This document shows, in pieces, positions 56,885 to 64,000 of a stretch of 64,000 nt of DNA. Both the position numbers and the translations under genes were made by a program. This DNA comes from a virus, in IMG/VR virus record IMGVR_UViG_3300035670_010691, positions 32,001 to 96,000 of that record. One strand, written 5' to 3'. The notes beneath the pieces were generated by a model. That model made no database searches and was not told the DNA's origin. It was given only the letters and a program-made list of their open reading frames with translations. Each line of letters opens with the position of its first letter. Positions within the stretch are counted from its first letter, which is position 1.

Positions 56885-57560
56885 ATTTATTAAAAAAAAT
56901 ATAAAAAATATAATAATCATTGCATTAGCAATTAATTTAATTTATTTAAGTGGTATTTTCAGTAAAAAAGGAGATATAGAAACTATAAGAGTTGATGGTA
57001 AAGAATATGAATTACTATCACAAAAAATAGATACCGTTGTTGTAGAAAAAGAAGTTAAAGTTACAGAGTATGTTCCAAAAACAGTTTTTAGAACAGATAC
57101 AGTAAGAGTTGCAATACCGGCTGATGTAGATACAACAGCTATATTAGAAGATTACTTTGCATCTTACACAGTTGTAGATACACTCAAATTAGATTATGAT
57201 TTTCCTGATGGGGTAACAACTGAAAGTGGAGCAAAACCATCAACACTTGGTTATGGTGTTTTAACTGATATACTTTCACAAAATAAAATTCAGTCCCGTA
57301 AAGTAGATTGGACGTTTCAAATACCAACCATTTATAACACCACAATCGTAAAAGAATTACCAAAAAATGAATTTTATTTTGGTGGTGGATTGGGATATAG
57401 TAAAGAAAACTTTTTACAAACCGCAAGTGGTGGTCTTTTATGGAAAACAAAAGGACAAAGAGTAATCGGTTTACAGTTGGGTATAAACAACTCAACTGTT
57501 GGTGAAGTAACAGAATTTACTCCATTTATTGAAGGATCTTACTTTATAAAAATAAAATAA
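56877..57560 (+). CDS. N-terminally membrane-anchored protein with C-terminal amphipathic beta-strands
   Basis: Basic N-terminus plus hydrophobic IIIIALAINLIYL; FYFGGGLGY...GSYFIKIK. Confidence 0.65.
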   Translation: MFKFIKKNIKNIIIIALAINLIYLSGIFSKKGDIETIRVDGKEYELLSQKIDTVVVEKEVKVTEYVPKTVFRTDTVRVAIPADVDTTAILEDYFASYTVVDTLKLDYDFPDGVTTESGAKPSTLGYGVLTDILSQNKIQSRKVDWTFQIPTIYNTTIVKELPKNEFYFGGGLGYSKENFLQTASGGLLWKTKGQRVIGLQLGINNSTVGEVTEFTPFIEGSYFIKIK

Positions 57561-57562
57561 AA

Positions 57563-59152
57563 ATGAGTACTCAAAAATTAAGTTTAAAAGATATTATTAA
57601 AATTGAGTATCAGAAATGTGCAGGAGATCCTGTATATTTTATGAAAAAATACTGTATGATACAACATCCAGTTCGTGGTAAAATTCCTTTTCACTTATAT
57701 CCCTTTCAAGACCGAGTATTAGAACAATTTAAAGATAACCGATATAACATTGTTTTAAAGTCAAGACAGACGGGTATATCGACACTTGTGGCTGGTTTCT
57801 CACTTTGGAAGATGTTGTTTAACTCAGACTTTAATGTATTGGTTATTGCTACCAAACAAGAAGTTGCAAAAAACTTGGTAACCAAAGTTCGTTACATGAA
57901 TGATAATTTACCTACTTGGTTAAAACAAACAACAGTCGAAGATAACAAACTTTCACTTCGTTACTCAAATGGGTCACAGATAAAGGCTACTTCTGCTGCA
58001 GGAGACGCAGGTCGTTCCGAAGCACTATCCTTATTGGTATTTGATGAAGCGGCATTTATTGATAAAATTGAAGAAATTTGGATATCTGCACAATCTACAC
58101 TTTCAACAGGGGGTAGTGCAATTATTCTTTCAACTCCAAATGGTGTTGGTAATTTCTTTCACAAAACTTGGGTAGACGCCGAAGAAGAACTTAATGGATT
58201 TAATACCATTAGACTTCACTGGTCAGTTCATCCCGAAAGAGATCAAAGTTGGAGAGATGAACAAGAAAGACTTTTGGGAACAAAAGGAGCTGCACAAGAA
58301 TGTGATTGTGATTTTGTTAGTTCAGGTGATACTGTGATTGACCCACAACTTCTAATGTTTTATAAAGAAACATTTTGTCAAGAACCAAAAGAAAAGGGTG
58401 GTTTTGATGGAAACTTGTGGAAATGGGAATATCCTGATTATAGTAAATCATATATGGTAGTAGCTGACGTTGCTCGTGGAGATGGTGCCGACTATTCTGC
58501 TTGTCAGGTAATTGAAATAGACAGTGCAACACAAGTAGCTGAATACAAAGGTAAATTAGACACCAAGGACTTTGGAAACTTTTTGGTAGCACTTTCAACA
58601 GAGTATAATGAAGCACTTTTGGTAATTGAAAATGCAAACATCGGTTGGGCAACAATACAACAGGTTATAGACAGAGGATACAGAAACCTCTTTTACATGA
58701 GTAAAGACTTACAGTATGTAGATGTTGAAAATCAACTTACCAATAGGTATAGAGCAATGGATAGAAATTTAGTAGCAGGGTTTTCAACTACAAATAAGAG
58801 TAGACCATTAATTATATCTAAATTAGATGAATATTTTAGAGATAAATCAGTAACCATTAGGTCTAATAGAACAATTGAAGAATTATTTACGTTTATTTGG
58901 AAAAATCAAAGAGCAGAAGCTATGCAAGGATACAATGATGACCTAACTATGGCTCTTGCAATTGGACTTTGGGTTAGAGATACTGCACTTCGTTTAAGAC
59001 AAGAAGGGCAAGATTTGACAAAGAGTATGTTAGATAGAATAGGACAATCATCACTTGATTTAGGTGGGTTTTCAGGAAACTCACATTTTGATGAAGACCC
59101 TTGGAGTATGAAAGTTGGTAAAGATGATTTTGATTTGAGAGGATTGTTATAA
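57563..59152 (+). CDS. terL: terminase large subunit (T4 gp17-like)
   Basis: LYPFQ, KSRQTGIST, LLVFDEAAF, STPNG, ADVARGDGADYS, NDDLTMA. Confidence 0.95.
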   Translation: MSTQKLSLKDIIKIEYQKCAGDPVYFMKKYCMIQHPVRGKIPFHLYPFQDRVLEQFKDNRYNIVLKSRQTGISTLVAGFSLWKMLFNSDFNVLVIATKQEVAKNLVTKVRYMNDNLPTWLKQTTVEDNKLSLRYSNGSQIKATSAAGDAGRSEALSLLVFDEAAFIDKIEEIWISAQSTLSTGGSAIILSTPNGVGNFFHKTWVDAEEELNGFNTIRLHWSVHPERDQSWRDEQERLLGTKGAAQECDCDFVSSGDTVIDPQLLMFYKETFCQEPKEKGGFDGNLWKWEYPDYSKSYMVVADVARGDGADYSACQVIEIDSATQVAEYKGKLDTKDFGNFLVALSTEYNEALLVIENANIGWATIQQVIDRGYRNLFYMSKDLQYVDVENQLTNRYRAMDRNLVAGFSTTNKSRPLIISKLDEYFRDKSVTIRSNRTIEELFTFIWKNQRAEAMQGYNDDLTMALAIGLWVRDTALRLRQEGQDLTKSMLDRIGQSSLDLGGFSGNSHFDEDPWSMKVGKDDFDLRGLL

Positions 59153-59153
59153 T

Positions 59154-60023
59154 ATGTCATATGATTTAATTGAGTTATTGAGTATTGGTGTTTTCAACAC
59201 AATTATATTAGACGAAAAAAGAAAAATAATTATATTTGGACATCCAAAGATAGGTAGTAGATTTTTAACTTCTTTTGCTGATGAAAACGATTTAGTATAT
59301 CTTTACAATTCATCATCAGAGTTTTTTGATTTAGAATCGAAATTAAATCCCCATGATGGTAGAATAACAAGTAAACAAGCAAGAATTTTGGTTGAAAATC
59401 TCAAACAAGATAAAGATACAAAAATTTATATTTTTGTCAGGAATGCAAAAGATAGATTTGCATCGGGATTTATACAAGCAATTAATTCACAAAGAGTTTT
59501 TGATTTATTATCTATGAATTCATTAAATTTAGATATTTTATCAATTGATTATTATCTAAATAAATTTATTAAAAATTTAGATTTTGAAATAGAAGAAAGG
59601 ATAAAATTAGGATCTATTTTTAATTTTATTGTCGAAAATTATTCCGATAAATTATTAGAGGATGTTCATATTGATAGTTATCACCAAAATTTATTTTCAT
59701 TTCTTAAAATTATAGAAAAAAATAAAGTTTTTGAAAAACAAAATATCAAAGTAAATGATATTTCGAAAATGACAAATGTATTAACTAAAATTTATAATTA
59801 TAAAAGAACAAATCAAATAGAAAAAAATTCACATGGTTTGAATGATTACTCAATTTTTTATAATTTGCTAAATCAATCTATGGAAACAGAATATAAATTT
59901 TTTGGAACATATAAAAATTATAAAAGTAAATTAAATCTTTTTTTACATCATATCGAATATTTAATTCAGGTTGAACAACGGTATTATGATTTAATTTTAG
60001 AAGAATATGGAGAAAAAGAATAA
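59154..60023 (+). CDS. sulfotransferase family 2-like protein
   Basis: HPKIGSR (5'-PSB-like), FVRNAKDRFASGF (3'-PB-like), DVH. Confidence 0.55.
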   Translation: MSYDLIELLSIGVFNTIILDEKRKIIIFGHPKIGSRFLTSFADENDLVYLYNSSSEFFDLESKLNPHDGRITSKQARILVENLKQDKDTKIYIFVRNAKDRFASGFIQAINSQRVFDLLSMNSLNLDILSIDYYLNKFIKNLDFEIEERIKLGSIFNFIVENYSDKLLEDVHIDSYHQNLFSFLKIIEKNKVFEKQNIKVNDISKMTNVLTKIYNYKRTNQIEKNSHGLNDYSIFYNLLNQSMETEYKFFGTYKNYKSKLNLFLHHIEYLIQVEQRYYDLILEEYGEKE

Positions 60024-60027
60024 TTTA

Positions 60028-60035
60028 TATTTATA
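60028..60035 (+). promoter_or_regulatory. putative phage promoter motif TATTTATA
   Basis: Intergenic, immediately before ATG 60039/60042. Confidence 0.45.
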
Positions 60036-60038
60036 TAA

Positions 60039-60632
60039 ATGATGAATACTATAAAAGAAACCCAAGAACTTTACGAAGAATATAGAAAACAATTTACTGA
60101 AAGGTCGGTAATAACGGAAGCAATACAACTTCACCAAGAAACCAAACTTCCTTTTATTGAGAATATTTTTCGTATGTATTCCAAAAATTATTTTAAAACG
60201 ATAAACGAAGCTCGTAAACTTTACAACGAAGGAAAACTCAAAAATATCCACGAATGGGACAAAGAGTTATTCAAAACAGACATAGGTAAAGTTGGAGTTT
60301 ATGAAGGAAAGAAAGTTCCACTTGATATACCTTTAATGGAAGCGGAGTATCAAGGTAAAGATGTAGACTTAAACCAACCTAAACGAGGTGGTTCCAAAAA
60401 GTTTTATGTATATGTGAAAGACGGTGATAAAGTAAAGAAAGTTTCTTTTGGTGCACAAGGTGGAGGTGGTTCTCTTGCAGTTAAACTAAAAGATCCTGAA
60501 GCCAAAAAGGCATTTAAAGACAGACACAACTGTGAACAGAAAAACGATAAGACCAAAGCAGGATATTGGGCTTGTAGACTTCCTCGTTACGCAAAGTCAT
60601 TAGGACTTTCTGGTGGAGGTCAGTGGTGGTAA
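60039..60632 (+). CDS. conserved T4-like phage protein (DUF6321-like C-terminal domain)
   Basis: KKFYVYVK...KKVSFG...F..RHNC...KTKAGYWAC. Confidence 0.7.
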   Translation: MMNTIKETQELYEEYRKQFTERSVITEAIQLHQETKLPFIENIFRMYSKNYFKTINEARKLYNEGKLKNIHEWDKELFKTDIGKVGVYEGKKVPLDIPLMEAEYQGKDVDLNQPKRGGSKKFYVYVKDGDKVKKVSFGAQGGGGSLAVKLKDPEAKKAFKDRHNCEQKNDKTKAGYWACRLPRYAKSLGLSGGGQWW

Positions 60633-60633
60633 T

Positions 60634-60894
60634 ATGAAACCATACAAAGAAAATATAAAAGGAAATATCAAAGAAAGAGTGTTTACTGAAAATGTAGATA
60701 CTCACGAATTGGTATGGCATAGAGATAGAAATGATAGAGAAGTTACAATAGTAGAGGGAAACGGTTGGATGTTTCAAATGGATAATGAACTTCCTGTAGT
60801 ACTAAACGAAGGAGATGTCTTATACATCCCGAAAAACACTTATCACAGAATACTTCGTGGTAATGGTAATTTAAAACTCAAAATTAAAGAATAA
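60634..60894 (+). CDS. small cupin-domain protein
   Basis: WHRD..DR...VEG.GW...GDVLYIPKNTYHR. Confidence 0.7.
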   Translation: MKPYKENIKGNIKERVFTENVDTHELVWHRDRNDREVTIVEGNGWMFQMDNELPVVLNEGDVLYIPKNTYHRILRGNGNLKLKIKE

Positions 60895-60897
60895 GTA

Positions 60898-62613
60898 ATG
60901 GCAGATACAACATTTTTTGGTAGGTTAAAAAAACTATTTAACTCTCAAGCAATTGTAACCGTAGACAAGGACGGGAAACGAAAAGTTTTTGATGCAAATG
61001 AAAATCAACAAACAAATTTATCTAATTTAAGAGATAGATATACTAAAATTCAGAAGTCTTTCTATGAAATGGCGGGCGGTGCTCAATCAATGGCATACCA
61101 ACAAGTTCGTAGAGAAGTTTTCCGTGATTATGATGCAATGGATCAAGACCCGATTATTGCTTCTGCTCTTGATATTTACGCAGACGAGTCCACTCTTAAA
61201 AACGAATTCGGTGATACACTCACTATTGTTTCAGATAATGAAAGAGTTCAAGAAATTCTTCAAAATCTTTTCTATGATATTCTTAACATAGAGTTTAACC
61301 TATGGCCTTGGACACGTAATATGTGTAAGTATGGTGATTTCTTCTTAGGTCTTGAAATTGCGGAAGGTAAAGGTATAGTAAATGTTATGCCTCATTCTGT
61401 TTACAATACCGAAAGAATGGAGATGATTGACCCTTCCAATCCTCATGTGGTAAAGTTCAAAATTATGGAAGACCCAAACGGAAAACAAGAGTATGAGGAT
61501 TTTGAAATCGCTCACTTCCGTCTTCTTTCAGATACTAACTGGTTACCATACGGTAAATCTATGATTGAAAATGGTAGAAGATTGTGGAAACAACTTTCAC
61601 TTATGGAAGATGCGATGTTAATCCATAGAATTATGAGAGCACCTGAAAAGAGAGTGTTTAAAATTGATATTGGAACCATACCACCAAATGAAGTTGATAA
61701 TTATATGCAAAGAATTATCAATAAAATGAAAAAGGTTCCATTTCTTGATAAGAACACAGGTGATTACAACTTAAAATATAATATGCAAAATCTTACCGAA
61801 GATTTCTACCTACCCGTTCGTGGTGGTGATAGTGGAACTTCTATTGATAATATCGGTGGGTTAGAATACACAAGTATTGAAGATATTGATTATCTAAAAG
61901 GTAAATTATTCTCAGCTCTTAAAATTCCAAAAGCATACTTGGGATATGAAGAAAACATTAACGGTAAAGCAACACTCGCAGCAGAAGATGTTAGGTTTGC
62001 AAGAACAATTGAAAGAATTCAAAAAACACTTGTATCTGAATTAACTAAAATTGCAGTTATTCACCTTTACGCACAAGGTATACAAGATAGTGAGATGTTA
62101 AACTTTGAATTAGCACTTGTTAATCCATCTACCATCTACGAACAAGAAAAAGTAAACCTTTGGTCTGAAAAAGTTCGTTTGGCACAGGATATAGCTGGTC
62201 TGAATATGTTATCAAAAGATTGGGTATATGATAATATCTTTAAAATACCTACAAGTGAAAAAGAAGAACAACAGATTAAAGTAATTAATGACCTAAAAGA
62301 CCGTTTCCGTTATAATTCTATTGAAAATGAAGGAAACGACCCTGCACAGGAAGACCAACAACCTACAGACATCGAAGAGGAATTGGAAACACTTAAAACT
62401 GAATTAAAAGATAAAGGTGGAAGACCGAGAGAAGGTAATACTTATAGTAAAGACAAACACCCTTATGGAAGAGATCCATTGGGTGATGACGAAAGAACAA
62501 GACCTCGTAGTAGGACATCCGAGGAAAAAATCCGTAAATATTTAAACGGCGTTTCATCAAAAAGAACTTATTTACATGAAAATGATACTTTATTAAACAA
62601 AAATAAAGTATGA
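60898..62613 (+). CDS. portal protein (T4 gp20-like)
   Basis: ALDIYADE, MEDAMLIHRIMRAPEKRVFKIDIG, EDFYLPVRGG, ALKIPKAYL, EDVRFAR.IERIQ. Confidence 0.93.
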   Translation: MADTTFFGRLKKLFNSQAIVTVDKDGKRKVFDANENQQTNLSNLRDRYTKIQKSFYEMAGGAQSMAYQQVRREVFRDYDAMDQDPIIASALDIYADESTLKNEFGDTLTIVSDNERVQEILQNLFYDILNIEFNLWPWTRNMCKYGDFFLGLEIAEGKGIVNVMPHSVYNTERMEMIDPSNPHVVKFKIMEDPNGKQEYEDFEIAHFRLLSDTNWLPYGKSMIENGRRLWKQLSLMEDAMLIHRIMRAPEKRVFKIDIGTIPPNEVDNYMQRIINKMKKVPFLDKNTGDYNLKYNMQNLTEDFYLPVRGGDSGTSIDNIGGLEYTSIEDIDYLKGKLFSALKIPKAYLGYEENINGKATLAAEDVRFARTIERIQKTLVSELTKIAVIHLYAQGIQDSEMLNFELALVNPSTIYEQEKVNLWSEKVRLAQDIAGLNMLSKDWVYDNIFKIPTSEKEEQQIKVINDLKDRFRYNSIENEGNDPAQEDQQPTDIEEELETLKTELKDKGGRPREGNTYSKDKHPYGRDPLGDDERTRPRSRTSEEKIRKYLNGVSSKRTYLHENDTLLNKNKV

Positions 62614-62649
62614 TAATTAATTAAATTAAGGTAATCTTTAATAAAATTA

Positions 62650-62657
62650 TATTTATA
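62650..62657 (+). promoter_or_regulatory. putative phage promoter motif TATTTATA
   Basis: Intergenic, 41 nt before ATG 62699. Confidence 0.45.
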
Positions 62658-62698
62658 ATAGATATTTTTAGTATATCAAAAAGAAATTATTAGAAAGA

Positions 62699-63559
62699 AT
62701 GAAACGAATCAAACACAGCAAATTTAAAAATACAGGTTTTTTATTTGAACTTTTAACAAGACAAGTGACTCTTGAGATTCTTAATGGTTCAGATGAAAAG
62801 TCTAAATTTATCGTTAAAGAATTTTTTAATGGTAAAACAGAATTATCAAAAGAATTACGTTTATTTAATTTACTTTTGAATGAAAAACAGGTAAATGAAA
62901 ATAAATCAGAAAAATTTATTGACTTGATAATTCAAGCACACTCTCACATTAACATTGAAAAACTAAATGAAGAAAAGTATAATTTAGTTAAGAAAATTAA
63001 AGAAAACTTTAATGTTGAGAACTTTTTTGCTTCTCCTATAACAAATTATAAAGTTTTAGCATCTATACACAAATTATTTGAAGCAAAAAAATTAGATGTT
63101 AAAAATGTTAAGGATGTTTTTGATTCTCGTCAAACTTTGGTAGAACACATTTCCAAAGAAAAAGTTAATAAACAAAAAAATACAGATAAATTAGTTGAAA
63201 CTTACAAAAAACAAGAAGAAGATGTAAGATTATTAACTTATAAAATTCTTGTTGAAACTTTTAACAAAAAGTATTCAAAGTTAAATGAAAATCAAAAAGG
63301 ACTTTTAAAGAATTATATTAATAATGTTAATAATTCATCAAAGTTTAAAGATTATTACAAAAAACAATTAAAAGAAGTTATAGTAATAATGACCGAATTA
63401 TTTAACCAAATGAATGATAAAGTCACCAAAATTAAATTAAAAGAAACCATCAACGTATTAAAAAACCAAAAAATATTGAGGGAGGTGAGTGATAATCAAG
63501 TATCAGCGTTGATGATGGCTTTTGAGTTAGTAAAAGAGATAAAAAATGTTAGAAAGTGA
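62699..63559 (+). CDS. helical head-module protein downstream of the portal
   Basis: KHSKFKNTG.LFELL.RQ N-terminus; position in the head module. Confidence 0.7.
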   Translation: MKRIKHSKFKNTGFLFELLTRQVTLEILNGSDEKSKFIVKEFFNGKTELSKELRLFNLLLNEKQVNENKSEKFIDLIIQAHSHINIEKLNEEKYNLVKKIKENFNVENFFASPITNYKVLASIHKLFEAKKLDVKNVKDVFDSRQTLVEHISKEKVNKQKNTDKLVETYKKQEEDVRLLTYKILVETFNKKYSKLNENQKGLLKNYINNVNNSSKFKDYYKKQLKEVIVIMTELFNQMNDKVTKIKLKETINVLKNQKILREVSDNQVSALMMAFELVKEIKNVRK

Positions 63560-63737
63560 ATTAAAGGAGTATATACGAGAACTTGTCAGAGAGATTCAGA
63601 TGGAGTTAGACGAAACTACTACTACTGCTTCTGTTGACGGGTATCAAACTCCCTTCGCTTTTTCAGGTGGTAGAACCAAAGATAAAAAAAAGAAAAAGGA
63701 TATAATAGACGCTTCAGGTTATGAAGAAGTTAAATAG
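63546..63737 (+). CDS. small prohead/internal-type protein
   Basis: LKEYIRELVRE...LDE leader followed by TTASVDGYQTPFAF. Confidence 0.6.
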   Translation: MLESELKEYIRELVREIQMELDETTTTASVDGYQTPFAFSGGRTKDKKKKKDIIDASGYEEVK

Positions 63738-63746
63738 GGACTAATT

Positions 63747-64000
63747 ATGAAAATTTCAAAAAACAGATTAAGAGAGATTGTTAAAGAAGTTATTAAAGAA
63801 GAGTCAGAATACCAAGAGTTCTTCAAAAGAGCATTAGAAAAAACAGGTAAATCAATACCACAAATGTCTGATGAAGAGAAAAAGGCTTTCTTTGATAAAA
63901 TTGAAGCTGCATGGAAAGGTAAAGGTGAGAAAAATGAAGGTAACGCATTTGGTGCTGCTGTTTCTCAAGCAAAAGAAGAAGGTGATGACTCGTTTGAGGT
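63747..64000 (+). CDS. prohead/internal-type protein (3'-truncated; absent from the ORF track)
   Basis: MKISKNRLREIVKEVIKEESEYQEFFKRAL...EKKAFFDKIEAAW; open to the window end. Confidence 0.7.
   Translation, partial: MKISKNRLREIVKEVIKEESEYQEFFKRALEKTGKSIPQMSDEEKKAFFDKIEAAWKGKGEKNEGNAFGAAVSQAKEEGDDSFE

Noticed and set aside
12520-61291. Short overlapping ORFs nested in called genes (e.g. 14219, 21800, 57184, 58317, 58906)
   Set aside because: Fully overlapped by well-supported genes, with atypical composition
63735-63749. TAG followed in frame, 9 nt later, by the next ATG; only two called genes end in TAG, suggesting amber recoding or readthrough
   Set aside because: Long genes contain no in-frame TAG and tile well under code 11; in-frame placement has a 1-in-3 chance
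1-64000. tRNA, rRNA, CRISPR arrays and intrinsic terminators
   Set aside because: Intergenic gaps are all under ~90 bp and AT-rich; no cloverleaf, spaced repeats or GC hairpin with U-tract recognised

Overview
Part of a large, AT-rich, T4-like (myovirus/jumbo-type) phage genome. A Bacteroidota host is inferred from the lack of Shine-Dalgarno motifs, A-rich start contexts and a DUF2452-like gene. From left to right the window holds: the 3' end of a Rad50/SbcC (gp46-like) ATPase; a short minus-strand pair (DUF2452-like and RHH protein); a 3337-aa modular Ser/Thr-rich tail fibre with a C-terminal S74 chaperone; a ~38-kb translationally coupled glycan synthesis and modification island of about 40 genes; a 1646-aa multi-module protein; and the head module (large terminase, portal, E-rich prohead-type proteins). 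The glycan island encodes GDP-sugar enzymes, GT7 enzymes with an inserted LamG domain, twitch radical SAM enzymes, a DegT aminotransferase with an amidinotransferase, a split ThDP enzyme, six GT10-like 'TEK' proteins and five SGNH proteins. Four points stand out. (1) The 1646-aa protein looks like a polyprotein punctuated by prohead-protease-type xxE sites, carrying an HxGH nucleotidyltransferase, an HExxH peptidase, an HD phosphoesterase, an in-frame HNH endonuclease and an RNA-ligase-like KxDG domain. (2) The glycan island has aminoglycoside-like (guanidino-sugar) and branched-sugar chemistry. (3) Very AT-rich glyco-genes are intercalated between conserved genes, even inside the head module. 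(4) A TATTTATA motif is oriented with transcription in almost every intergenic gap. No rRNA, tRNA or CRISPR array was recognised. All family calls come from motif recognition by eye, without database searches.
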